Origin: Candidatus Latescibacterota bacterium
Lineage (GTDB): Bacteria; Latescibacterota; UBA2968; UBA8231
Direction: 5' to 3'
Assembly (NCBI GenBank): GCA_965215195.1
Contig: CBDCDC010000001.1
Location: forward strand, 729,657-793,656
DNA: 64,000 nucleotides
The notes under the pieces are model-generated. The model had not been told where the DNA came from. It saw only the letters and a list, made by a program, of their open reading frames with translations, and ran no database searches. A program made the translations under genes and the position numbers. This document shows, piece by piece, positions 1 through 9,725 of the stretch; the first letter of the stretch is position 1; every line of letters starts with the position of its first letter.

Positions 1-791
1 GGCTCGGACACGGTTGCTCTTTTGGTTGAACGAGCGATCGGCACCCGTCAGCTTCCGGCTTCGGCTGGCTTTACGAAGCCCCCGCCCCTCCATACCATCC
101 GATTCGGCGTCTGCTTTGCGTTCGGCCCTGGCATAGGCTTTAGCGCCATAGATGACCTGTTCCTCGCCGTGTAACACTCGTCCATCACCACCCAATCATG
201 CACCGACGCCGGGGTCACCACGACGCTGTGCACCCGCCCCTGACGATCACTGCCCCCATGTGCTTTGAGGCCAAAATACCACGTCGTCCCCTTCTTCGTA
301 GGCCCCATCTGCGGGTCTCGTGCCTTGTCCCGGTTCTTCGTCGAAGCCGGCGCGTGAAGGATCGTCGCATCCACCATCGTGCCTTCGCGGAGTAGCATAC
401 CCCGCTCCGACAAATACGGCGCGGTGCATCGAAACAGGGCTTCCGTCAAACAATGCTTTTCTAAGAAGTGGCGGAACTTGCAGATCGTCGTCTCAGCCGG
501 AATGCTATCCAAGGGCACGCCTGCAAAGCGGCGCATCGATTCGACATCATACAGGCTGTCTTCCAGCGCTGGATCACTCAAGCCATACCAGTGCTGCATG
601 AAATAGACCCGTACCATCACCGCAGCCGGGATCGGACGACGGCCATTACCGGGTTTCGGGTACTTGCTCACAATGGGTTGGAGCAGGTCGGCCCACGGCA
701 GCAGGTCGTTCCTCTCCGACAGAAAGCGTTCTTTGCGAGGGGGCTTCTTCTTGTAGGTGTAGGCGGCATCGGAAAAACTGAGTTGAGTCAT
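1..791 (-). pseudogene. IS5-family (IS5/InsH-like) DDE transposase, frameshifted and cut by the left window edge
   Basis: ORF 48..791 shows InsH-like blocks (GNGRRP, MQHWYGLSD, MVDATILHAPASTKN, KKGTTWYFGLKAH, VHD). Below about nt 185 the expected continuation LHGEEQVIYGAKAYARAE lies in another frame and stays open to nt 1. Confidence 0.75.
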
Positions 792-915
792 CGCGAGTTA
801 TCGCCTTTTTTCTTAGAATATGGACTCGCAAAAAAGAACTCGAAAGAAAACTTAATCAGAGATTCCTTGTATAATGTATTGCGTAATGTCTTTTTTGCGA
901 AAGGAGGCTTTTGCT

Positions 916-1682
916 ATGGGCGGCTATCCCAGTGACTTGACTGATCGAGAATGGGCGCTGCTGGCTGCGTTTTTCGACCGTCCCGATCCCCGGAGTAACC
1001 CCGGCAAGTATGAAAAACGGGCGGTGGTCAATGCCATTTTATATGTGGTCAAAGGGGGCATTCCGTGGCGGATGCTGCCCCTTGATTTGCCGCCTTGGGA
1101 TACGGTCTATGACCATTATCGGCGCTGGAATCAACGCGGCGTCTGGGAACCGGCGCTAGACGTGCTGAATGCGCATGCCCGTCAAAAGCAGGGTAAAAAC
1201 GAGCCTCCTACCTATGTGTTGATCGATTCGCAATCGGTTAAAACCCAATATGCCAGTCAAGATCGCGGCGTGGATGGGGGGAAAAGGTTAAAGGACGGAA
1301 ACGCCCCCTCGCCACCGATACCCTAGGGAACATGCTGACCGTCCAAGTACATGCCGCGAATGTAGCGGATACCAGCCAAGGGTTCCACGTATGTGACCCA
1401 GTCGCAGAAAAGTATGCTTCGGTCGAAGCCTTCTCCGGCGACCAAGGCTATCGCGGAACCACCGTTGAATGCGTCGAGACCCTGTTAGGATTGCGACTCG
1501 ATATAGCGGATAAACCAGCCCAAGGGTTCCACGTGGTGCCCAAACGCTGGATTATCGAGCGGACCTTGGCGTGGCTAGGCGGATTTCGACGCTTGGCCAA
1601 GGACTTCGAAATTCTCACCCAATCCGCAGAGAACATCATTCGGATTGCCATGATAAAGATTACCGTCGCTAAATGCATCTGA
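916..1682 (+). mobile_element. IS5-family (IS427/IS1031-like) transposase: orfA 916..1326 and orfB 1332..1682, joined by a -1 shift at the G6A4 run 1276..1285
   Basis: orfA reads MGGYPSDLTDREWALL...DHYRRWNQRGVW. orfB reads ...SGDQGYRG...ERTLAWLGGFRRLAKDFE. Re-reading A1284 in the -1 frame gives GGKKVKGRKRPLATDTLGN-MLTVQVHAAN, the usual fused form of this transposase family. Confidence 0.8.
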
Positions 1683-1687
1683 ATAAC

Positions 1688-2338
1688 TCAACAGCTTCTG
1701 AGCAACGAGCGGCTGCGTTCTAAGGCCGCGGAAAAGTGGCCGAGGCGCAGCGTGGCTTGGAGCAACAGGTAATGCGCGTCGCGGCGCTGAGGTTGGGCGG
1801 CCAGCGCTTGGCTGCACAGGGCGGTGGCTCGCTCGAGATTCATGGTGGCGGCGGCCTGCAAGTACAGCTCGGCCAGCAGCAGGCGGCCGTCGAGCGAGTT
1901 GGGGTATTCGTCGAGAACCTCATTGACGGCGAGTTCGGCTTCGCGGGCAAACCCGCCAAAGGCGAGCAGACGCGCTTGGAGGAGGCGGGCCTCTGGCCGC
2001 TGGCGCACAGGAGCGGGCAGTTCGTCGAGGAGACGGCCCGCGCTCCGCCGCCGGCCTTGGCGGAGCAGGGCTTCGCCGCGGCGGACTTGGGCAATCGCGC
2101 TGTCGGGTGCTAGGCTGACGACGCGCTGGAAGAGTGCTGCGGCCTCGGAGAACCGCCCTTGGTGCAGCAGGCTCAGGGCCTCGGCATAGACGCGGTCGCT
2201 TTCGGGCTCGGGCGGGGCTTGGCAGCCGAGGACGAGGCCCGTCAGGTACATAGCAAAAAAAGCCCGTCCCCAACTGGTAGGGGCAACCCTTGTGGTTGCC
2301 CTCCGAGAGGAAAAACCCCGCACGGGCAACCGTCTCAC
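1688..2338 (-). CDS. TPR-repeat putative lipoprotein
   Basis: Lipobox-like LVLGC after a basic N-region, followed by Ala/Leu-rich TPR-like helices. The GTG start overlaps the upstream stop (GTGA). The start site is uncertain. Confidence 0.55.
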   Translation of the reverse strand: MRRLPVRGFSSRRATTRVAPTSWGRAFFAMYLTGLVLGCQAPPEPESDRVYAEALSLLHQGRFSEAAALFQRVVSLAPDSAIAQVRRGEALLRQGRRRSAGRLLDELPAPVRQRPEARLLQARLLAFGGFAREAELAVNEVLDEYPNSLDGRLLLAELYLQAAATMNLERATALCSQALAAQPQRRDAHYLLLQATLRLGHFSAALERSRSLLRSC

Positions 2339-3789
2339 GGCTCTTGCTCCAGTTCGCCTAACTTGGCCCGGGCGCGCTGGTGATCCGGGGCAAGGGCGAG
2401 CACCTTTTGCAAGGCGTGCCGCGCTTGTTCCCGTTGCCCTTGCTGCACGAGGATCAGGGCCAGCCCGTAGTGCGATTCCGCGTGGTCTGGGTCGAGGGCA
2501 ATGCTGCGGGCGAAATGGGCGCGGGCATCGCGGTAGCTCGCTTGGCGGACGTAGGCCAGCCCGAGGGCGTAGTGGGCATCGCGGTGGTCGGGCTTGCGGG
2601 CGAGGGCTTGGCGCAGCGCGGCGATGGCCCCGGCAAAGTCGCCGCTTTTGAACCGCGTGCGGCCCAAGCCATAGGCGGCGGCAAAGGAGTCGGGCTCAAG
2701 GGCCAAGGCGCGGGCAAAGTGCGCGTTCGCTTCTTTGAGCACCCCCTCGTGCAAGTACAGGTCGCCCAGCATGAGGTAGGCGTCGCGGTGGTCGGGATTG
2801 CGAGCGAGGACTTGCTCCAGCGCGGCGCGGGCGTCGGCAAAGCGCTTTTGCTGCGCGTACACAGTGGCCAGACGCAGGCGAATATCGACGGAAGTAGAGT
2901 CGCTGGCGCGGGCGCGCTTTAGGGAGTTGATGGCCTTGTCCCACGCGCGTTGGCGGATGTAAATGTTGCCCTGATTGAGGTGGCGTTCGGCCGCGCTCAA
3001 CTGCTGGAAGCGGCCTTGGGCGTTGCGGGCGTCGTCGTCGCGGCCGCACTCGGCATAGGCTTGGGCCAAAAGGTAGTGGGGAGCCGGGTTGGGCGAGTCG
3101 GCATTTGCAGTGCGCTCGAGCACGGGAATGGCCGCTGCGGGTTCTTTGAGGCGGATGAGCAAGCCGCCCAAGCCGAGGCCGCCTTGGACGTGGTCGGGGT
3201 CGCGGGCGAGCAGGTCGGCAAAACCCGCCCGCGCTTGGGCTAATTGCTGGTTGCGCGCGAGCAGATCGCTGTGAAAGTAGCGGGCCTCAAGGTGGTCGGG
3301 CGCGAGTTCGATGGTGCGTTTGAAGGCCGCGAGCGCGCCCGCAAAATCGCCGGTGGCGCGGCGCACCTCGCCTAGGTAGAAGTGATATTTGGCGCGCTCG
3401 GGCGCGCGTTCGATGGCCTGTTTTAGCTGGGCTGTGGCCTCTAGATAGCGGTGCTGGTCGCGCAGCACTGCGGCGAGGGCAAAGTGCGCACCGGGCTGGT
3501 CGGGCGCGAGGGCCAAGGCGCGTTTGAAAGATGCGATGGCGGCCGCGGGTTGGTCGAGCCGAGCGTGGGCTAGCCCCTGCTGAAAATGGGCGGTGCTCGA
3601 CGAGGAATCGAGCGCCACGGCCTGCGCCAGTGCCGCTAGGGCGCGTGCGGGTCGATCTTGTTGCAAAAAGAGCGTGCCGCGCTGGAGCAAGCGGCGGGCT
3701 TCTTGCGGCTCGGGCTTCGACCTGAGCTCAGCCGAAGGTGGGTCGGCGCAGGCGAGTGCGCCCAACATCAGCAACAGGTGTGCGGTCAT
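2335..3789 (-). CDS. TPR-repeat protein (putative lipoprotein)
   Basis: N-terminal LGALAC lipobox-like signal. More than 10 consecutive 34-aa repeats with the A..F..AL.L.P....A pattern. Confidence 0.75.
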   Translation of the reverse strand: MTAHLLLMLGALACADPPSAELRSKPEPQEARRLLQRGTLFLQQDRPARALAALAQAVALDSSSSTAHFQQGLAHARLDQPAAAIASFKRALALAPDQPGAHFALAAVLRDQHRYLEATAQLKQAIERAPERAKYHFYLGEVRRATGDFAGALAAFKRTIELAPDHLEARYFHSDLLARNQQLAQARAGFADLLARDPDHVQGGLGLGGLLIRLKEPAAAIPVLERTANADSPNPAPHYLLAQAYAECGRDDDARNAQGRFQQLSAAERHLNQGNIYIRQRAWDKAINSLKRARASDSTSVDIRLRLATVYAQQKRFADARAALEQVLARNPDHRDAYLMLGDLYLHEGVLKEANAHFARALALEPDSFAAAYGLGRTRFKSGDFAGAIAALRQALARKPDHRDAHYALGLAYVRQASYRDARAHFARSIALDPDHAESHYGLALILVQQGQREQARHALQKVLALAPDHQRARAKLGELEQEP

Positions 3790-3792
3790 CGC

Positions 3793-5430
3793 TCAGGTGC
3801 CTTGGACCAGCGAATCCGGCAGGGCGGCTCTGAGGGCGCGCTCGTCGATCTCGACCCGATTCTGATAGCGCTGGCGCAGGTCTTTGACCAAGCTGGTGAA
3901 GGCCGCGTTTTCCCGCTCGCGGCGCAACAGGGCGCGGGCGCGGCGCTGCACCTGCTCGTACGGCTCGACCCGGCCGGGGTTGCGCCCTTGGACGCGGAAA
4001 ATGGAGTACCCGTCGCGCACCCGAATCGGCCCGACGAGCTGGCCGGGTTCGGCCGCGTACATGGCCGGGACTAGGTGCGGATAGAGCTTCTCGTCGCGCG
4101 GATGGAAGTGGAAGCGCGCTTGCGCCTGAACGGCTTGGGCGCGTACGCTGCGGTCGGCGAGATCGGCAAAACTCGCGCCGGCCGCGAGCTGACTGCTGAG
4201 CCACTGGGCCTCGGCCGGGTTGGGCGCGAGCAGCTCTTCGACCTCGACGGACTCTTCGTGGTAAAACATGTCGGGATGGCTGTCGTAGTAGGCCCACACC
4301 TCGGCGTCGGAGAGCATTTCGACGGCCGCGAAGCGCTCGCGCACGGCATTGAGCAGCGCGTCTTGGTAGGTCCTCGTGGCCAGCCGTTGGACGTCCGGGT
4401 CGTCGTGCAGGCCCTGTTCGCGGGCAGCGCGGCGCTGGAGGAGGGGCCGCAGCACCAGCCGGTCTAGCGCGGTGTGCATACGCATGCTGTCTTTGAGGCT
4501 GCGCTGGGCATTGAGCCGCCGCAGGGCCTTGTACGCGGCCGCGACTGTGGCTTGACCTTCGGCAAAGGTGTAGAGCGGTGCGGCGCACGTATCGAGCAGG
4601 CTTGTGTCTTCCCGCTGGGCCGCCCTGAGCATGAGTTGCAGCCCGTCGCGGTCGAGAGCCGCACCGGCCGCGGCGCTGAGCGATTCAAAATGCTCGGCCT
4701 CAACTTGGGCCAAGCGCTCCCTGAATAGCTGCTCCTCGATGAGGGGCCGGTAGCGCTCGTAGGGCGCGTCGCGGTCTTCGGTGAAGCGGACGACGTGATA
4801 GCTGCGGCCGGCGCGCAACGGGGCGGATATTTCTCCCAAGGGCAGGGCATTGAAGACCTCGGCCGGGATGTGCAGACCGGGCGCGGCCTCGCGGCCAATA
4901 AAGCCTAACTCGCCGCCCTGTTCAGCCGAGCGCTTGTCGAGCGAGTGTGTGCGAGCCACCTCGGCAAAAGCTTGGCCGGCTTCTAGCGCGGCCACGGCCG
5001 CTTCGATTTCGGCGCGGGTTTTTACCAAGATCGCGCTGAGCTTGCGCTCGCGGTGGTAGCCCTCTGCGGCAAAGACGCGCCGCACATCCTCTTCGGGCAC
5101 TTGCACCTGAGCGGTTATGTTGCGCGCCCGATAGAGGGCGATGACCCGCGCATCCACGGCTTCGTCCACAGTGCGCTGTACCGAGCGCAGCGTATCCAGC
5201 CCGTGGGCCACGGCCTCTTTGAGGATTAGTTGGCGGTCGATGAGCGATTGCACGTATTGACGCCGGGCCGCGTCGCCGCCTGCGGGGTGGCGCAGGCCCG
5301 GAGGCAGCTTTTCCACAAAGGCCCGCAGGCTCGCCGCCGAGATGGGCACTTGATCGACCCGCGCCACGGGCCGCTCGCCTTCTTGGGCACACCCCCACCA
5401 AGCCAACGCCAGCAAAATTCCCATATACAT
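3793..5430 (-). CDS. SurA/PrsA-like peptidyl-prolyl cis-trans isomerase (parvulin type)
   Basis: Signal/lipobox-like LALAWWGC. Parvulin-like segment GGELGFIGREAAPGLHIPAEVFNALPLGEISAPLRAGRSYHVVRF, and a second degenerate one near the C-terminus (PGQLVGPIRVRDGYSIFRV). Confidence 0.7.
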   Translation of the reverse strand: MYMGILLALAWWGCAQEGERPVARVDQVPISAASLRAFVEKLPPGLRHPAGGDAARRQYVQSLIDRQLILKEAVAHGLDTLRSVQRTVDEAVDARVIALYRARNITAQVQVPEEDVRRVFAAEGYHRERKLSAILVKTRAEIEAAVAALEAGQAFAEVARTHSLDKRSAEQGGELGFIGREAAPGLHIPAEVFNALPLGEISAPLRAGRSYHVVRFTEDRDAPYERYRPLIEEQLFRERLAQVEAEHFESLSAAAGAALDRDGLQLMLRAAQREDTSLLDTCAAPLYTFAEGQATVAAAYKALRRLNAQRSLKDSMRMHTALDRLVLRPLLQRRAAREQGLHDDPDVQRLATRTYQDALLNAVRERFAAVEMLSDAEVWAYYDSHPDMFYHEESVEVEELLAPNPAEAQWLSSQLAAGASFADLADRSVRAQAVQAQARFHFHPRDEKLYPHLVPAMYAAEPGQLVGPIRVRDGYSIFRVQGRNPGRVEPYEQVQRRARALLRRERENAAFTSLVKDLRQRYQNRVEIDERALRAALPDSLVQGT

Positions 5431-5451
5431 TGTATCTCTCCCGTTAAATTC

Positions 5452-7401
5452 CTAATACACCGGCGTCCGATTCCCCACCATGCCGGTAAAACCATCCACC
5501 ACCAGCCACAGGCCGGCCGCGACGAACTGGCCGAGCACGACTCCGATGAAGAAGGGGCGGGTCAGGAGGTAGGTGCGGGGGCCGCCGTACTTGAGGACGG
5601 TGATCTTGATGAGCCAAGCCAAAAAGATCGAAAACCAAATGCTGTTCATCACCCAGCCAGTGCTCACGGCAAAGCCGAGCGGGTGAAAGGGCCACCACAC
5701 GAAGAAGTGGCGGACGGTCATCAAGCCGCCCATGATTAGGGCACCGAAACCCGTCCACAGCCACCCGGCGAGGCTCGGCCCGGTGGGGTTGGCCAGCTTT
5801 TGCGCGGCAAAGTCCGAGGGGTAGGCGGCAAAGCCGGTGAAGTATTGGGGATGCAGGTTGAGCGCACCGTCGCGGTACGCGAGGTAGAGCATGAACCAGC
5901 AGGAGACCACCAGACTGATGAGCATGGCCGCGACAAGGGCCCAAAAGAGCGGCCGGCGGGTGCCGTTGATCGCGCTGCCCAAGCGCAGGCTGTTGGCGAG
6001 GGGCGCAGTCATAAAGACCAGCAGGTCACCCGTCCAGACGAAGGTGTAGCCCGTGGCGACCATGCCCGGTGCGCCGAGGGCGGGGACCCCAACGCCAGAG
6101 ACGACAAAGCCGGCCGGGACCATTTCTGGGGTTACGGTGGGCATGCCCGCTTCGGCGATGACGCGCGCTAGGCCGATGAATATGACCAGCGACGAGAACA
6201 GGAAGAAGGGCACGATCCAAGCCGGGATCCCGCTCTTCCACAGCCAGAAGCCCATTGTGCAGACGCCGCCGCCGAAGAGCCAAAACGCGGCCCGATAGGA
6301 GAGGATCTCCGCAGAGTCGTCGATCTGGTCGTCGCCCCACAGGGCCTTGCGCCAGACGTTTTTGAGGTGGGGCCGCGCCGTCCACAGCCCGTAGAACACC
6401 AAGACGATGAGTGCGCCCATCATCTGATGCGCCATGATCGCGCCCACCGGCCCAGAGCCGGTCCAAGGTCCCAGCTCTTCGGGGCTGAAGATGCCGATGT
6501 AACTGAAGATGCTTTCTTGTATTACGTGGAGCAGGTAGAAAAACCACAGGCTGAAGGCGATATTGGAGTTGATGAAGTAGGCAAAGCCGAACATCAGGAA
6601 GTTGATGCGGATGTTGAGCGAGGCCGTGCGGTTGAAAAGCTCAACGCTGGTCTGGAGGTTGAGGGAAGGGACGAAGTTGAAGTAGTGGTGCAGGGCGTTG
6701 GTGCTGTTGAGCAAGAAGGGCAGCAGCAAGCCGCACCACATGATGGGGTTGCGGAAAAAGGGTTTGAGGATTTTTTGCTCGCCGTCGCCGTCTTGTATCA
6801 TGGCGAGGGGGACTTGGGCGAGCGGAAAAACGAGTCGCTCGTTGTCAACCCATTGACGGCGCAAGATGGATATGGCTGCGATAATGGCTGCGTAAAACCC
6901 GGCGTAGAATGCAAACCAGCGCCCGAGGGGCTTAAGCCAGACCTCATAGGGAATGGCCGAGCCCTTCGTGCCCTCGTAAAATGCCTTTACCGCGGCCGGG
7001 TCGTACACCACCATCCAATCCGAGAGAAACGGGTGGACTAAGTCGGCCCATTGGTTTTCGGGAGTGGCGTAGTAGAAGGTGCCGGTGATCATGGGCAGCA
7101 GCATTCCCACCACGCCGCGCGTGGGGATGGCTGTGGCAACGGCCATCATGGCGAAGATGACGACCAGCTCGCCGCGCCGAAAACCCCAGCGTCCCAAGGC
7201 GATTTGGAGCGTCAGTAGCAGGACGAACAGCAGGAAGAAGGCCGCTGGCGTGGCCGAACTCAGCCCGAGACGCGAGCCTTGCACGACCATGCTGCCGTAG
7301 GGAATGCCGACGGCAATGACCAAGCTCAGGGCGGCACCGACGAGGATGCTCCGGCCCGTAATGGCGGCCGGTGCATTATCAGATGGGGCGATGTCAGCCA
7401 T
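5452..7401 (-). CDS. large polytopic membrane protein of unknown function
   Basis: About 650 aa, almost entirely hydrophobic helices. I moved the start to MADIAPSD (ATG 7399..7401) because the ORF's upstream 40 codons are the translated palindromic repeat element. Confidence 0.6.
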   Translation of the reverse strand: MADIAPSDNAPAAITGRSILVGAALSLVIAVGIPYGSMVVQGSRLGLSSATPAAFFLLFVLLLTLQIALGRWGFRRGELVVIFAMMAVATAIPTRGVVGMLLPMITGTFYYATPENQWADLVHPFLSDWMVVYDPAAVKAFYEGTKGSAIPYEVWLKPLGRWFAFYAGFYAAIIAAISILRRQWVDNERLVFPLAQVPLAMIQDGDGEQKILKPFFRNPIMWCGLLLPFLLNSTNALHHYFNFVPSLNLQTSVELFNRTASLNIRINFLMFGFAYFINSNIAFSLWFFYLLHVIQESIFSYIGIFSPEELGPWTGSGPVGAIMAHQMMGALIVLVFYGLWTARPHLKNVWRKALWGDDQIDDSAEILSYRAAFWLFGGGVCTMGFWLWKSGIPAWIVPFFLFSSLVIFIGLARVIAEAGMPTVTPEMVPAGFVVSGVGVPALGAPGMVATGYTFVWTGDLLVFMTAPLANSLRLGSAINGTRRPLFWALVAAMLISLVVSCWFMLYLAYRDGALNLHPQYFTGFAAYPSDFAAQKLANPTGPSLAGWLWTGFGALIMGGLMTVRHFFVWWPFHPLGFAVSTGWVMNSIWFSIFLAWLIKITVLKYGGPRTYLLTRPFFIGVVLGQFVAAGLWLVVDGFTGMVGNRTPVY

Positions 7402-7440
7402 GTCTTTTAACGAATAGTCTAAGTACGCGACAGTAGGGGC

Positions 7441-7545
7441 CTTAACCTCGGATCGAGGGCATCTTGCCCTCGTCGAGGGCGTCCCGCCCTCGATCCCGGA
7501 CTCATCGCCCATTGACGACAAGTTATTGGTGTCGTGTACTTAACG
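7441..7545. repeat. MITE/REP-like palindromic element, copy R1
   Basis: CGAGGGC-N6-GCCCTCG palindromes occur twice, followed by ...CAAGTTATTGGTGTCGTGTACTTAAC. It is homologous (in reverse orientation) to 45910..46037 and 30218..30356. Confidence 0.6.
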
Positions 7546-7553
7546 AATAATTA

Positions 7554-9086
7554 TTGATGAACGCGACAAACAAAGCAAAAACGGCAAGCAGGGCAAAGGG
7601 GCGGGTCGTCTCCTTGGCGATTGGTTTGTCGCTCGTCGCGCTCTTTGAGGCGGCCTTGTGGCTGGTGGGCGTTGGCCCGGACGACGCTCTTTTTGCGGCC
7701 AGCGGCTCGTCCTACCGCATCAACCCGCAGGCTGCGCGGCGCTTCTTCCCCCGCCAGTACGTGCGCTTGGCCCCTGGCCAAGATCGCTTTGCCCGCGCCA
7801 AAGACGCACGTGCGTTTCGCGTGTTTGCGCTGGGGGCTTCAACCCTGCTCGGCTTCCCCAACCCGGCCTATACCTCGTTCCCCAACTTCTTGCAGCAGAT
7901 GCTCGCCGATGCCTATCCAGCGCGCGCGATCGAGGTCGTCAACTGCGGCGTCACCGCCATCAATTCCTTTGTCTTGCGCGAATTTGTCGCGGACGTGGCC
8001 GAGCACGAGCCGGATCTGGTCGTGATCTACGCCGGCCACAACGAGTTCGTGGGGCCGTACGGGGCCGCGACCCCGTTTGCGCGCCTGAGCGGCCACTGGT
8101 CCTTCATACAGTTGCAGATGCTCTTGCAGCGGACCAAGACCTACTACGTGCTCGAAAGCCTGCTGCACGCGCTGCGCCCGGCCGCATCCGCCGAGTCCTT
8201 TGGCGTCCACTTGGTGCAGCGCGAGATCTACTTGGGGGACAAAGCGCACCAGCAGACCGAGGCTCATTACCAGCGCAATATGGCCGAGATCGTCGAGGTG
8301 CTGAGCGAGCGCGAGGTGCCGGTCGCGCTCTGTACGCTGGTTTCCAATTTGGCCGGATTCTATCCTTTGCGCTCGCAGGGGCCGGTCCCGCCGGCGGACG
8401 CAGTGCTGGCGGATTATCCGCAGCACGCGGCCCTGCACTTTGCCGCGGGCTTGGCGCACCAAGCGGCCGGGGATTCCGCGCGGGCACTGGCCGCGTTTGT
8501 GCGCGCCCGCGATTTAGACGGCATTCACCTGCGGGCCTGCTCGCCCTTCAACCGCGCCATTCGCGCCTTGGCCGCTGAGTCGGGTGCGTTCTTGATCGAC
8601 GTGGAGCGGGCGTTTGCCGCCCATGCGCCGGCTGGTTTGGTCGGCGACGCGCTCATCACCGAGTATTTGCACCCCACGGTCTGGGGCCACTACCTGATCG
8701 CGCAGACCATAATGACGGCCCTGTTTGCTCGGGAGGATGTGCTGGGTTTGACAGGGGGCCGCGCGGATGCTTTGGACGATTTTGCCGGCTATTGCGGCCG
8801 CTTGGGCTATGGAGTCCGCGAGCGCGTCCTAGCGCGCAACGACCTAATCCTGCTGCTCAAGAACATGCCGTACGCCGAGCGGCCGCCGATCTTAGAGCAG
8901 CGACTCGCGCACTTAGTCGGCGAGCAGCTAGCCGACCTGCCCAAGCTGAGTTACGCGCAGATTGCGGATTTTGCCCGTCGCGGCGGCGTTAATTTCCTAG
9001 CAGCCGTCATCGCCGACCTCGCCGACCCTCAGCCGCTAACGGACGCGCTAGATGAGTTGGTTGGGCCGTTGGGGTTAGCTCCCTAG
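7554..9086 (+). CDS. SGNH/GDSL-like hydrolase-fold protein with a helical C-terminal region
   Basis: N-terminal TM segment. Block-I-like FALGASTLLGFP (Ser in GxS) and block-III-like VVIYAGHNEF. Assigned from motifs only. Confidence 0.5.
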   Translation: MMNATNKAKTASRAKGRVVSLAIGLSLVALFEAALWLVGVGPDDALFAASGSSYRINPQAARRFFPRQYVRLAPGQDRFARAKDARAFRVFALGASTLLGFPNPAYTSFPNFLQQMLADAYPARAIEVVNCGVTAINSFVLREFVADVAEHEPDLVVIYAGHNEFVGPYGAATPFARLSGHWSFIQLQMLLQRTKTYYVLESLLHALRPAASAESFGVHLVQREIYLGDKAHQQTEAHYQRNMAEIVEVLSEREVPVALCTLVSNLAGFYPLRSQGPVPPADAVLADYPQHAALHFAAGLAHQAAGDSARALAAFVRARDLDGIHLRACSPFNRAIRALAAESGAFLIDVERAFAAHAPAGLVGDALITEYLHPTVWGHYLIAQTIMTALFAREDVLGLTGGRADALDDFAGYCGRLGYGVRERVLARNDLILLLKNMPYAERPPILEQRLAHLVGEQLADLPKLSYAQIADFARRGGVNFLAAVIADLADPQPLTDALDELVGPLGLAP

Positions 9087-9171
9087 TTGAGCAGGGCTTC
9101 GCCGTAGGCGAAGAGGAGCTTGACAACGCGCTAACACAAGGAATTATTGCCATAGACTTGGGAGGTTTCCA

Positions 9172-9582
9172 ATGATAAAGAACGAAAGACAGTATCGGCT
9201 TACCAAAGCACAGGCAAACCGGTTTTCGCAGACCTTGCAAAGTCTCGGCGAGGCCGACGGAGTGCATCCGCTTCTTGTCAAGGCGCAGCGCGAGGCCCTA
9301 AGCAGCCAGATCGCCGACCTAGAAGAAGAGTTGCGCGAATATGAATTTCTAAAGGCCGGCCTGTTTCAACCCGATCAGCTTAAGACCGTTGCCGAGCTGC
9401 CGACCCTTCTAATCAAGGCGCGGATCGCCCGAGGACTGAGCCAAAAAGAGCTGGCTGAACGCCTCGGACTCAAGGAGCAACAAATACAGCGGTACGAGGC
9501 CACGGACTATGCCTCGGCCCGGCTCGCTCGAATCAAGGAAGTCGTCGGGGCCTTGGGCATTGAGGAATGTTCTGGGATGTAA
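9172..9582 (+). CDS. XRE-family HTH protein (antitoxin/regulator-like)
   Basis: The C-terminal RGLSQKELAERLGLKEQQIQRYE is a classic HTH_3 motif. The N-terminus is coiled-coil-like. No toxin partner lies upstream. Confidence 0.7.
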   Translation: MIKNERQYRLTKAQANRFSQTLQSLGEADGVHPLLVKAQREALSSQIADLEEELREYEFLKAGLFQPDQLKTVAELPTLLIKARIARGLSQKELAERLGLKEQQIQRYEATDYASARLARIKEVVGALGIEECSGM

Positions 9583-9596
9583 ATGAGGAGAGAGAC

Positions 9597-9725
9597 ATGG
9601 CAAATCCCCAACACCTAGAATGGCTAAAAGAAGGCGTTGAGGCATGGAACAGAAGACGCGAGCGAGAAGATTTTCAGCTAGGCTATAAGGCCGACCTATT
9701 TATAATGAGCGAATGGTTGGTTTAG
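9597..9725 (+). pseudogene. N-terminal remnant of a pentapeptide-repeat protein (42 codons)
   Basis: MANPQHLEWLKEGVEAWNRRRERED resembles the conserved N-terminus of pentapeptide-repeat proteins. GAGGAG RBS upstream. Similarity ends where the AT-richer insert begins, and the stop overlaps the convergent gene's stop. Confidence 0.45.

Noticed and set aside
7402-7521. N-terminal extensions of real genes: 5452..7521 ([25 protein letters not shown]...), 11912..13225, 44135..45739, 38538..39911, 32139..33398 and 874..915.
   Set aside because: The extensions translate repeat elements or lack family similarity. Internal starts with RBSs, abutting the upstream gene ends, fit better.
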